From: Candidatus Woesearchaeota archaeon
GTDB taxonomy: Archaea; Nanobdellota; Nanobdellia; Woesearchaeales; UBA10216
DNA length: 55,224 nt
Reading direction: 5' to 3'
Assembly (NCBI GenBank): GCA_016192945.1
Contig: JACPTE010000029.1
Span: forward strand, 1-55,224
The notes under the pieces were generated by a model, which was not told the DNA's origin, ran no database searches, and saw nothing but the letters and a program-made list of their open reading frames with translations. Both the position numbers and the translations under genes were made by a program. Below are positions 1-8,934 of this stretch, piece by piece. Within the stretch, counting starts at the first letter, position 1. Each line of letters starts with the position of its first letter.

Positions 1-1
1 A

Positions 2-379
2 ACACAGGATGCAAGAAGGGTTGTCAGGAAACTCGGCGACATATGCAGAAGGGAGGCGCAGGCGCTAAGCACAACCCACAGGTACACGCCAATAGACGCG
101 TGGTGCAAGTCAGAGTTGCCTGCCATGCAAAAAACCATCAAAGGGCTTGTTTCCAACATAGGCCATAATGAGCGATGGAAAATGGCAATAAACAAGCGCC
201 ACTGGGACAAGATGCACAGCACTGAGCTGGTAGTCAAGCTTACAGATGTCATAGACAGACAGAAAGTAGACCTTGAACATCCAGAAAAGATAATCCAGGT
301 TGAAATAATCAGCAAGGAGGCAGGAATATCCCTGCTCAAGCCTGAAGAGTATCTGGATGTAGTGCTGGTGAAAGGATAA
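2..379 (+). CDS. THUMP domain RNA-binding protein (5' partial)
   Basis: Frame is open from the window edge; C-terminal KVDLEHPEKIIQVEI matches the THUMP signature. Confidence 0.75.
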   Translation, partial: TQDARRVVRKLGDICRREAQALSTTHRYTPIDAWCKSELPAMQKTIKGLVSNIGHNERWKMAINKRHWDKMHSTELVVKLTDVIDRQKVDLEHPEKIIQVEIISKEAGISLLKPEEYLDVVLVKG

Positions 380-420
380 AAACCTGAAAAAAGCAGGCGA
401 AAAGAAACAGTTTAAGGGAA

Positions 421-1647
421 TTAGAAAAACCTGCTTAGCCTGGCTTGCCTTGACTGGGCAAGAAGCCTGCTGGTGTTGACTATTTTTTGGACATTCTTGT
501 AGCCGAATTTCCTGCTGATAAGAGCATCAGCATACTTTAGCATGAGCTCACTGGATGAAAAAGCAACGGGTTTTGAAGCCAATGCCTTCCTGACAGCCTC
601 CCTGACTACCCAAACGCCCAAAGGCAAGAGATACTCATCAGTTATTATCCTGATAACAAGAACAGAAGACTGCCTTTTCATCTCAGAAAGCCTTTCAAGG
701 ACAGGCAGCCTTGAGGCATAATAACCGCCGACACAGTTCTCAGCATAGCCTTTCCTGCCTGAATAAGGCTCAAAATCAGTGGTAAAATCATCACCATTGG
801 CATAAGCCTCAAAAAGCTCAAAAGACCAGACATCAGGAAAAAACATTACCAGAAAATAATTGCCAAGATAACCTCCGAAAAAAGCAAAATGCTCATCAAT
901 CGGGTTCAATGAGCGCAAATCCTCAACAATCCGCCTGCCAACAATATCGTCAACAGCAGTGATTGAAAACCTTGTGGGAACAAGCCTCCTGTTTGGCTTC
1001 AATCCAACGACTGATGCAGACAGAAGCCTGCTGAGAAAATTAACATCATAACCGCTGTCATAAAGGTACGACAATGCATCAACAGCCTTAAGATCACTTT
1101 CTGAATATACCTTCTCCACCTTAGAATCTATTTTAGGATTTGAAGCCAAGCCAATCTTGCTGACATCAGCAACAGGGCCTGTCGGAGCATTGAAAGAGCT
1201 GAAATTAAGGCTGATAAAAGGCTTTCGCCTGAAAGAAGCCTCAACATCAACAGGCTTTGATGACATAGCAATCTCCTGAACAAGGCCAATAACCTTCTCC
1301 CCCGCCTTAATTGAAGCCTTGGAGCGCATATTCACAAGAGCAGCCCTGTAATCAACAACATCTGAAACAGAAAGCCCCTTTTCAGCCCAAAAAGAAGGAG
1401 CATCATACATCCAGGCATCAGGTGTTACCTCACCAGGGCTAAGGATGCCTACATTAACAACAGGATAGCCAAACCTTCCAATGAAGGGAGCTGGACTGGA
1501 GCCAAAAAAGCTTTCCCTGCCAAGCCTTTCCTTCAGCCTTGAAACAACAGCCTTCCTAGTGCAAACAGGGCATACAAACTCGGCATAATAGCTTGAGGGA
1601 AAGCTGTTCCTGCAAACCATGCACAAAACCACGCGGAAGGGGCTCAT
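421..1647 (-). CDS. nreA: Nre family archaeal DNA repair protein
   Basis: N-terminal Cys cluster, FIGRFGYP, LVPTRFSITAVDD, GGYYASRLPVLE, PLGVWVVRE and C-terminal PIP box QARLSRFF; start moved to ATG 1647 because the longer ORF overlaps the tRNA. Confidence 0.9.
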   Translation of the reverse strand: MSPFRVVLCMVCRNSFPSSYYAEFVCPVCTRKAVVSRLKERLGRESFFGSSPAPFIGRFGYPVVNVGILSPGEVTPDAWMYDAPSFWAEKGLSVSDVVDYRAALVNMRSKASIKAGEKVIGLVQEIAMSSKPVDVEASFRRKPFISLNFSSFNAPTGPVADVSKIGLASNPKIDSKVEKVYSESDLKAVDALSYLYDSGYDVNFLSRLLSASVVGLKPNRRLVPTRFSITAVDDIVGRRIVEDLRSLNPIDEHFAFFGGYLGNYFLVMFFPDVWSFELFEAYANGDDFTTDFEPYSGRKGYAENCVGGYYASRLPVLERLSEMKRQSSVLVIRIITDEYLLPLGVWVVREAVRKALASKPVAFSSSELMLKYADALISRKFGYKNVQKIVNTSRLLAQSRQARLSRFF

Positions 1648-1757
1648 GCACAATAAATAAGCTGCACGAATTAAAAAAGTTACGGCAGCAAGTCCAGTGG
1701 CCAGTGAGGGCAGGGCACGCAAACATTTAAAAAACTCCATGAGAACCTTCTGGATAC

Positions 1758-1871
1758 AGCCCCGTAGTGTAGCGGCCAATCATCCCGGCCTTTGGCAGTG
1801 CAAACATGGCATGCAGCCATCGCCTGCACAGAAGAAAGCCGGGGACGGCGGTTCGAATCCGCCCGGGGCTA
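1758..1871 (+). tRNA. tRNA-Gln(TTG) with 41-nt intron at canonical 37/38 (1796-1836)
   Basis: AGCCCCG/CGGGGCT acceptor stem, CCGGC-CTTTGG^A-GCCGG anticodon arm, GTTCGAATC T-loop; BHB helix CTTT/GAAG with GGC and AAA bulges. Confidence 0.95.
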
Positions 1872-1915
1872 CTTTTTAAATAAAGTTTTTATAGCTGTCT
1901 TCTGTTAAAGCTACA

Positions 1916-2176
1916 ATGAATAAAGAAGGGGATATTTTTGATAAGGCTGTCACGCTGTTGAAAGGGCTGATTCAAGCCCACCCGTTTGAAAGCGGCAACC
2001 GAAGAACAGCATATGTTGTTGCAGAAAGTTTTATCAAACTTAATGGGGGAAACTCAAAAAGTGACAATGGCAAAAACGCCCGCACATTGCAGGGAATACG
2101 GGAAGGTTATTATACCGATGCGGAAATAAGGAAATGGTTCATAAAAGGTGAGATTCGTGAATTTAAAAGAGCATAA
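1916..2176 (+). CDS. Fic/Doc family toxin (short, possibly 5' truncated)
   Basis: HPFESGNRRTA Fic motif. Confidence 0.85.
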   Translation: MNKEGDIFDKAVTLLKGLIQAHPFESGNRRTAYVVAESFIKLNGGNSKSDNGKNARTLQGIREGYYTDAEIRKWFIKGEIREFKRA

Positions 2177-2267
2177 GAAATCAAACCAGCAATCTGTTTT
2201 TTTAGAGCAAGCAGACTATGTAATACAAAAACACAAGGCTTTTTTGGAACAAAAAGGCAAACTGTAG
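2157..2267 (+). CDS. Small protein (36 aa), candidate Fic antitoxin
   Basis: GTG start after GGTGA; overlaps the Fic 3' end; not in ORF track; function inferred from position only. Confidence 0.4.
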   Translation: MNLKEHKKSNQQSVFLEQADYVIQKHKAFLEQKGKL

Positions 2268-2346
2268 AACAGAATCCCGCTTTTTAACAAAAACAATGAG
2301 TGCCCGCCCAGGCTACTTTTTCAGTTTAATATGAAACTTTGTTGGA

Positions 2347-2661
2347 TTAATCTCTTAATTCTATCAGAATGTGCCTTTTATCTGGAACTGAAACATAAAT
2401 CTCCTCTCCTTTTTTGATTTCCAGACTCCTAACTACGTTTTTATTAAAATAAATCCCAAGACGCTCTTGAGAAAGTTTCACTACCTTTTGTTTTATTTTC
2501 AGTGGCGTTTCTCTCAGTTCTTCGATAACCTTTTGAGCAGATTTTTGTTCAAATTCAAAATAATCGCATTTAGTGCATTGGTAGCTTACTGCCTTATTCT
2601 CAGCACCATGTACGTTAACTTCAACTTTCCTTAGTTTCGAATTGCAATTTGGGCAGTTCAT
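2347..2661 (-). CDS. Zinc-ribbon + AbrB-like protein, putative antitoxin
   Basis: CPNC...CTKC followed by LGIYFNKNVVRSLEIKKGEEIYV. Confidence 0.7.
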   Translation of the reverse strand: MNCPNCNSKLRKVEVNVHGAENKAVSYQCTKCDYFEFEQKSAQKVIEELRETPLKIKQKVVKLSQERLGIYFNKNVVRSLEIKKGEEIYVSVPDKRHILIELRD

Positions 2662-2695
2662 AAATGTAGTCACTTGTGTAGCTTTAAATCTCTTA

Positions 2696-2905
2696 TCAAG
2701 TTCTTTTTGCGTTGATTATCCACAATATCCTATCTTTTATTTCAAACAATATGTAGTATCCATCTCTTTCTATTTCAAATTTCGGCCCTTTCTTCCGCGG
2801 ATTTTTTGTAGTTATCACGATTTCCACTGCTTTGTCCCAAGGAACTTCAGACGCATGGTGCTCCAAGTAGTGAACTGTTGGCTTTATATCCGTAAAGTAT
2901 ACCAT
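2696..2905 (-). CDS. Small RelE/BrnT-like putative toxin
   Basis: 69 aa with HYLEHH and C-terminal WIINAKR; lies upstream of the putative antitoxin. Confidence 0.55.
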   Translation of the reverse strand: MVYFTDIKPTVHYLEHHASEVPWDKAVEIVITTKNPRKKGPKFEIERDGYYILFEIKDRILWIINAKRT

Positions 2906-2922
2906 ATTTTTCCATCTTATTT

Positions 2923-2940
2923 GACTACATTAATGTAGTC
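2923..2940. promoter_or_regulatory. Perfect 18-bp palindrome, probable operator
   Basis: GACTACATTAATGTAGTC lies between a minus-strand TATA box (~2949-2957) and the toxin start. Confidence 0.6.
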
Positions 2941-2970
2941 TTATTTACTATATAAATTTTGTCATTTTCA

Positions 2971-3083
2971 GTAAATAGTTAGTTGTTTGAAGTTAGTAGT
3001 TTGTGCATTTCTTCTAGTGGGTTTCTTTTTTGTAGTTTGATGGTTTCTATGATGCTGAGTAGTGTTTCTGTTATTTGTGCTCC
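2971..3083 (-). mobile_element. IS66-family remnant (transposase C-terminus and right end)
   Basis: Minus frame GAQITETLLSIIETIKLQKRNPLEEMHKLL resembles IS66 TnpC ends; terminus reads GTAAATAGTTAG. Confidence 0.6.
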
Positions 3084-3253
3084 TAAGAATTTTATTTCAA
3101 ATCACCTATAAATGATCTAAATGTTGTTTTTAACTTAGAAAAAGATAAGGATAAAATAATAATTGAAACAAGCAGTAACCCATTCAGCAAAAAAGAATTT
3201 AAAAACACCTGTAGAGATTATGAATTGTATACTGAAAGGATGCAATAAGGATT

Positions 3254-3439
3254 TTAGCAGATTATCCCATACTTCTTAAGCTCATCCTCAACCTCCTCCC
3301 TGAACTTATCCTTCTCCTCCTGCTTTTGGGCATCTGTGAGCTTCTTTGCCATAGAATTGGCTTGCTTTGGCCTAATGCCAGCCCTTCGTAGCTTGCTCAG
3401 GTTCTTCCAATAACGTCCCCTGTTAAATGGGTTTTTCAT
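3254..3439 (-). CDS. Hypothetical 61-aa protein, basic N-half and acidic C-half
   Basis: GAGGTGA ribosome site before ATG 3439. Confidence 0.65.
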   Translation of the reverse strand: MKNPFNRGRYWKNLSKLRRAGIRPKQANSMAKKLTDAQKQEEKDKFREEVEDELKKYGIIC

Positions 3440-3489
3440 TTGTTTCACCTCACATTAGTCCTGCGAATGCCCCGCCATATAGCTGTACG

Positions 3490-3700
3490 GGAATGGGGCG
3501 GTAAAACCGTTGGGGCGTCCATCGGCCAATCCATAAGCATAAACCGCTGGCGTGACTTTCGGCGTAGCCATACAAGGCAACCCTACGGCGCAACCATTTG
3601 AGGCAACCGTAAGGTGACCGTCAGGCATGACCTAAAGGCGCAACCATTCAGAGTGACCATTGGCCAACACAAATCAATAACCATATGGGGACACCAATTC
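3490..3700 (-). repeat. Array of short RCC-loop-GGY units, candidate structured RNA
   Basis: Minus strand reads gcc-ttta-ggt, gcc-tgac-ggt, acc-ttac-ggt, gcc-tcaaat-ggt, gcc-gtag-ggt, gcc-ttgtat-ggc, gcc-agc-ggt. Confidence 0.55.
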
Positions 3701-3926
3701 CCTATTCTTCATAGTAATTGAAGCTATCCATTTGGTCAACCTGAACCAACAACTATATCACAACACCAAAAACTTTTTCTACTATTTAAGCTTTGTAGCC
3801 ATATAAGTAAAAATTATACCCAAGAAGTTACAAAAAGAGGGTCTGTCCGCCTGGGGCTATTCTTACTTTCTTACAAATCGTAAAATTTATATATCTGACA
3901 ATAATCTGCCTATTTGGGTGATAATA

Positions 3927-4190
3927 ATGAGTAATGTTGAATTTGCAAAAGCCTCATCCAAAGGGCAGGTAGTGATTCCGCAATCAATCCGGGAAAAGCT
4001 GGGAATTGAAGAAGGCACTCCTTTTGCAGTTTGGTCTAGTGGGAACCAGATTCTCTTTAAGAAAATGGATCTCCCGCAAAAAAGCTGGGAAGAAGTAGCT
4101 GCTCCTTTCCGAAGGATTGCTAAAGAACGTAAACTAACCTTTGATGATGTTGAAATGGCCATTAGAAAAGTCAGGTCAGCCAAAAAATGA
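3927..4190 (+). CDS. AbrB/MazE/SpoVT family antitoxin
   Basis: SSKGQVVIPQSIREKLGIEEG; ATGA overlap with the PIN gene. Confidence 0.9.
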   Translation: MSNVEFAKASSKGQVVIPQSIREKLGIEEGTPFAVWSSGNQILFKKMDLPQKSWEEVAAPFRRIAKERKLTFDDVEMAIRKVRSAKK

Positions 4191-4603
4191 TATCAGTAAC
4201 TCTTGATTCTAATGTTTGGCTTTCCGGCCTTTTGTGGCATGGAGAAGCATCAAAGGTAATTGCACTTGCTGAGTCAAAGAAAATATTAGTGTTCACATCA
4301 AAAGATATCCTTATTGAAATCTTCCGGGTTCTTCAGGAAGAGGAAAAGTTCCAGCTGTTGCTTGATGAAGAAGGGATGTATCCTGTAAATGTAATTGAAA
4401 AAATCGGGAATTTGTCCAAAATAGTCAAAATAAAAGAGCGGCTTAATGCGGTAAAAGCAGACCCTGATGACAATAAAATTATTGAATGCGCACTAAGCTC
4501 CAAATCACTCTTCATAGTAACTTATGACAACCATCTGTTGAAAATTGGCAGATATGAGTGCATAAAAATAATGCATCCAACTGACTTCCTGAAGAAATTT
4601 TAG
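4187..4603 (+). CDS. PIN-domain toxin (VapC-like)
   Basis: LDSNVWLSG, DPDDNKIIECA, IVTYDNHLL. Confidence 0.9.
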   Translation: MISVTLDSNVWLSGLLWHGEASKVIALAESKKILVFTSKDILIEIFRVLQEEEKFQLLLDEEGMYPVNVIEKIGNLSKIVKIKERLNAVKADPDDNKIIECALSSKSLFIVTYDNHLLKIGRYECIKIMHPTDFLKKF

Positions 4604-4717
4604 AATCCCCCTTTTTAACAAAAATGTTCATACTTAAAAGTGCAATAGGATATTTCCGGAACTTTTCCTAAAAATCCGGACACAGTTTTATAAGCTCATT
4701 CTTTCAATAACCGTATT

Positions 4718-5347
4718 ATGATTTATGCAGATATTCATGAGCCTTCTGCCATTATAAGCATGCTAAAACAAAAAATAAGCGTGAAAATTATCAAAAATGA
4801 TGCTGGAGACTACACATTCAACAACATAGCAATTGAAAGAAAAAGCCTATCAGACTTCTTTTCATCCATTGCCTCGGGGAGATTGTACACTCAGCTTGAG
4901 AACATCATGAAATTTGACAAGCCGTACCTAATTGTTGAAGGCTTTTTTGATTTTTCTCATGTAAACAACCCTGATTATCTTTACAGTTCATTGCGGGCAA
5001 TCAGCATAGACATGGATATGAGAATCCTATTTACAAAAGACATGGCGGATACAGCCTATGCAATAAAAAAGATTTACTACAGGCAATTTTACCTCCCCGA
5101 ATGCAAAGTTCCGTGGAAAAGCAACTTCAGGCTTATGCACCTTAAGGCATTCTTCGGGACAAGCCCTGACAAGCTTACTAAATTATTCACTGAATTCAAG
5201 AGCATAAGACATCTGGCAAATGCTGACAAGAAAAACATGGCAAAAGTCAAAGGAATAGGCATCAAAACTGCATCGGTTGTTGAAAAGGCCCTTGACGAAG
5301 AGATTTTAAGCAGCAGGGAACAAACTGTTAATCAAAAATCGTTGTAA
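4718..5347 (+). CDS. ERCC4/XPF family nuclease with HhH repeats
   Basis: ADIHE, GDY, IERKSLSDFFSSIASGRLYTQ, VKGIGIKTA. Confidence 0.9.
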   Translation: MIYADIHEPSAIISMLKQKISVKIIKNDAGDYTFNNIAIERKSLSDFFSSIASGRLYTQLENIMKFDKPYLIVEGFFDFSHVNNPDYLYSSLRAISIDMDMRILFTKDMADTAYAIKKIYYRQFYLPECKVPWKSNFRLMHLKAFFGTSPDKLTKLFTEFKSIRHLANADKKNMAKVKGIGIKTASVVEKALDEEILSSREQTVNQKSL

Positions 5348-5354
5348 TCATATT

Positions 5355-5741
5355 CTAAGGCTCATTTCTGGGTATTTCTAACTTATTAAAGTCAGTGTCA
5401 TAACTCAATATCCCCTGACAGTCATTTAAGATGCATGTTGTGTAATGTATTAGGTCAAAAAGCTTTAAATCATATTTCTGAGCTCGCTTTACTGACTCAA
5501 ACAAAAGATTGCTGTCCAAATCAACAATTTTTACATTTCCATATTTAATAATGGCAATAAACACCTGTCTTGCCTGTTCTTTATCAGCTATTATGCCTAT
5601 TTGAGCAATTGACTCTGCAATCACCAAAGCATTTGTAATCAAATTTCTCTCCCTAAGCACCTTCCTGCACTTTTCCTTTCTTGGATTATTAGTGAAAGCA
5701 TATACAATAACATTGCTGTCTAGAAATTCAATAAAATCCAT
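5355..5741 (-). CDS. VapC PIN toxin
   Basis: FLDSNVIVY, FDLIHY, ILSYDTDF. Confidence 0.9.
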   Translation of the reverse strand: MDFIEFLDSNVIVYAFTNNPRKEKCRKVLRERNLITNALVIAESIAQIGIIADKEQARQVFIAIIKYGNVKIVDLDSNLLFESVKRAQKYDLKLFDLIHYTTCILNDCQGILSYDTDFNKLEIPRNEP

Positions 5742-5958
5742 CTTCCATCTTTTCCAAATCTTCGGGACTTAAATTATGCGGCTTGAACCTGTCGGCCCTG
5801 CGGTAAACAGCATCTATCTTCACATCTTCCAAAGGGGTTATAACTATTTCGTTCTTCTTGACGCTTATGCTCACATCTACTCCGGGCTTCAACCCGAATT
5901 TATTTCTTATTTCAGAGGGTATTGTCAACTGATAGCCTTTGCTTATTTTCACTAGCAT
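5728..5958 (-). CDS. AbrB/MazE family antitoxin
   Basis: KISKGYQLTIPSEIRNKFGLKPG; overlaps vapC. Confidence 0.9.
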   Translation of the reverse strand: MLVKISKGYQLTIPSEIRNKFGLKPGVDVSISVKKNEIVITPLEDVKIDAVYRRADRFKPHNLSPEDLEKMEDGFY

Positions 5959-6035
5959 TCCAGACCACCTAATTAATCATTAGCTAATTAACTATTTAAA
6001 ACTTTCCTTTTTCGCGCGGGGCTATTTTTTGGCAG

Positions 6036-6782
6036 CTATCTGATGGTCCCCTTCTGCCATTCCTGGAGAATTAACCGTGCCATCCGGCTGGAATCAGGCT
6101 CGCCTCCCTTTGCCAGGACCCTTTTTTTCAGGGCGATTCTTTCAAGCGTCTCTTCCTTGTCATCTGAAGCATCCACGCCATAAAACCGCTCTATGATGCC
6201 TGGGTGGGAGCCCATCAGCTCGAAAAAAACAGACTCAGGATCCCTGACTCTTGAAAAATCAACGCTGCCAATTGAGGCAAGCTTTGCCTCATCCTTCTCA
6301 TCTGATGGAATGACTCCGGGAGTGTCAATTAGCGTTATCCCCCCCTTGCTCCTCACAGCCCTAACAGACCTGGTTGTTCCAGCGACGTTGCTCGCAGGGG
6401 CTGCATTTCTTGTGCTGAGCGCGTTAATCAATGATGACTTTCCAACATTAGGATACCCAAGGACGCCGACAATGACATCCCTGCCCCTGACTTTCTGCTT
6501 GCTTGCCTCAATCAGAATCCTTTCACGAAGCAAACCAATGCCCCTCTTTTCTGAGGCAGAAATGAAGACGCAAGGAGAAAGAAGCCTTGAAATGCCTGCG
6601 AGAGATTTCTTGTCAACAAGGTCGCTCTTGTTAATTACAAAAATCAATCCCTTGCCGTTATCAGAGATTATGTGCTCTACCCTGGAATTGCGGGTTTCAC
6701 CAGGAGCCCTGGCATCAAGAACAAAAAGAAGGATATCTGCCTTGAGAATTACAGAAGTAACCTGCTTCACAAAACCTGCCAT
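6036..6782 (-). CDS. Circularly permuted GTPase, YlqF/RbgA family
   Basis: VLDARAP, NKSD (G4), GYPNVGKSS (G1), DTPG (G3) in permuted order. Confidence 0.92.
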   Translation of the reverse strand: MAGFVKQVTSVILKADILLFVLDARAPGETRNSRVEHIISDNGKGLIFVINKSDLVDKKSLAGISRLLSPCVFISASEKRGIGLLRERILIEASKQKVRGRDVIVGVLGYPNVGKSSLINALSTRNAAPASNVAGTTRSVRAVRSKGGITLIDTPGVIPSDEKDEAKLASIGSVDFSRVRDPESVFFELMGSHPGIIERFYGVDASDDKEETLERIALKKRVLAKGGEPDSSRMARLILQEWQKGTIR

Positions 6783-6830
6783 GGGAAAAATAACCTGTAT
6801 TACTATATAAGCTTTGCACAAATCCTCTGG

Positions 6831-8207
6831 CTAAATGCTTCTATACACATATGAGCAGCTGGACTTTTCGCAGAACTTTCTGTTAAGCGTGTATGATTGC
6901 AAGTCCAATGGGCTGAATGAAACCAGGACAGTCTCATTTGAGGATTTAAGGCGGGAAACATCAAAAAACATGGTCATGTCCTTGCCAGAATAATATGCAA
7001 CAGGAGGGCAGTTTCCAAGGCATGCAAAAGATTGAGTTGGATAATCCTTCAGGTAAAGCCCTGCCTCCTTTGTAGCATTCCTAAGCCCATTTTCAAATTC
7101 TATCTGAGGGGTATATGCCCGGGCGTATTGGGAATAAAGGGAAGCAAAAGAAATAACCAGGATTATGCAAAAAAAGGCAGTTCCAAACCTTTTCAAGGCC
7201 AGGGAGAATGAATGCGATGCGAATGCAACAACAAACGGGACCAGCAGAAGCATGAACCGCTCAGCCTCCCACTCTATTGACTGGGGTTTTGCAACTCCCT
7301 TTCCCATTATGAAAAAGTAGTAGAAAAGTATTATGGCGAAAAAAAAGGATGCTGGAAAAAGTCCTGGCGTAAATAATTTTTTCCTTAGGAGGAACAGGCC
7401 TGCCAGCGCGAAAGCAAGCATAAGCCCGAAGGCATCCAGGAAAGTATATAAAATAAATCCGATGCCAACAGGCAGTGGCTCTGCAACAGCTTCCCAGCCT
7501 TTGAAGAATGGCAAAAGCGGATTCCCGAAGGAGACAAGGCTGAATATCAGGAATGGGCCCAGGGTTATAAGCAAAATCACGAAATGGAAAATGAGCAGCC
7601 TGACATTTTTCCTGAATAGGACGAGGTATAATGGAGCAAAAGCAGCCAGAAGAATCAGGTTTGTGAATTTCATCAGGATTGATAGTCCAATGAGAATTGA
7701 GGAAAATCCTATTAAGGGCTTGTTCAGCCTTTTCATTGCATAAAATAAGCAGACAAACGAGGAAAGCGCAAGCAGGGCTCCAAGGTGGTCTGTAAGCACA
7801 TACCTGCTGTGGAGTATGCTGACTGGCAAAACAGCCATGATGACAGAAGAGATCAGGGCGGTCCTTTCAGAAATAATCCTCCCAAGGAAATAAACCGGAA
7901 TCACTATAAGGGAATTGATAAAAATGACTAAAATCCTTGTCATAACCTCGTGGCTTGAAAGTCCTGATATCAGGAATGGAAGGAGCGGAGGCCTTGAAAA
8001 GAGCTCATTGTATGGGGCATGATGCCCGGAAATTACTTGTCCATGCATCAAGTAGATTGTCTCATCCCATATGAAATAGGATGTGTCAAGGAAAATAAGC
8101 CGGGATGCCAATGCAAGGAAGAGGATTGCCACCAAATAATATGACTGCCTGCCCTTCAGCACATTAAGATAAGTTTCATATTTTACGAAACTCATCTTAA
8201 CTGTCAT
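6831..8207 (-). CDS. GT-C (ArnT/PMT-like) membrane glycosyltransferase
   Basis: WDETIY and RPPLLP motifs, many TM helices. Confidence 0.8.
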   Translation of the reverse strand: MTVKMSFVKYETYLNVLKGRQSYYLVAILFLALASRLIFLDTSYFIWDETIYLMHGQVISGHHAPYNELFSRPPLLPFLISGLSSHEVMTRILVIFINSLIVIPVYFLGRIISERTALISSVIMAVLPVSILHSRYVLTDHLGALLALSSFVCLFYAMKRLNKPLIGFSSILIGLSILMKFTNLILLAAFAPLYLVLFRKNVRLLIFHFVILLITLGPFLIFSLVSFGNPLLPFFKGWEAVAEPLPVGIGFILYTFLDAFGLMLAFALAGLFLLRKKLFTPGLFPASFFFAIILFYYFFIMGKGVAKPQSIEWEAERFMLLLVPFVVAFASHSFSLALKRFGTAFFCIILVISFASLYSQYARAYTPQIEFENGLRNATKEAGLYLKDYPTQSFACLGNCPPVAYYSGKDMTMFFDVSRLKSSNETVLVSFSPLDLQSYTLNRKFCEKSSCSYVYRSI

Positions 8208-8376
8208 TAATGCATTTTATCAGAGGCGGCTTATAATATTTTTCATTTTCATCATAGGCTGCATTTTTTACTGCGACAGATTGGTTCAATCAGCTAAAGG
8301 GTGTGCCATCATTTTCAGAGCACGGAACTTCGCAAAATTTATATAAGGGCTTCATCAAATCCTGCATTGAGAGCAT

Positions 8377-8925
8377 ATGTTTGAATCATTCTCAAGATTC
8401 CATTTGATTCTTGCGTGGGGGCTGATATCAGCCACGATAGGACTTATCCTGCACATACTGGACAATATCGCCGAGAAATCAGGGCTGCTTGGAAAGTTAA
8501 TCCTAAAAATAGTGATTGCGATGCTGGGGGCATCATGGAGTCTCCTGACAGTATTTGTAGTCCCTGGGATGGTTTACGACAACCTGGGCCCTTTTGCGGC
8601 AATCAGGAACTCAGTTGAGACCTTCAGGCGGACATGGGGCGAGAACCTGATAAGGCAATACGGGCTCGGGCTTGTAGAGCTGTTGTTCATAATATTAGGG
8701 GTAATAGCTGGTTTCGGGCTGCTCGCGCTTTCTGCAATGCTTAGCTGGATTGTGTTAGTCTTAATGATATTGGCAATTGGCCTGTACTTCCTTGGCGTAA
8801 TACTGTTCTTCAACCTCGCCAACGGGGTATTCAGCACAGCACTCTATGCGTACGCAAAGACCGGCAAAATACCTGAGGGGTATGACCAGGAGATTCTGGG
8901 AAACGCATTCAGGAAAGCGGCATAA
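8377..8925 (+). CDS. Membrane protein (DUF6159-like), probably N-terminally truncated
   Basis: WSLLTVFVVP, AIRNSVETFRRTWGE, ALYAYA. Confidence 0.6.
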   Translation: MFESFSRFHLILAWGLISATIGLILHILDNIAEKSGLLGKLILKIVIAMLGASWSLLTVFVVPGMVYDNLGPFAAIRNSVETFRRTWGENLIRQYGLGLVELLFIILGVIAGFGLLALSAMLSWIVLVLMILAIGLYFLGVILFFNLANGVFSTALYAYAKTGKIPEGYDQEILGNAFRKAA

Positions 8926-8934
8926 TCATAAATA

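Noticed and set aside
1697-1879. 60-aa ORF and the N-terminal extension of the Nre ORF
   Set aside because: Both overlap the intron-containing tRNA-Gln and its promoter.
3490-3700. CRISPR array or DGR template repeat
   Set aside because: Units are 11-15 nt and degenerate; no cas gene, reverse transcriptase or matching variable repeat in the window.
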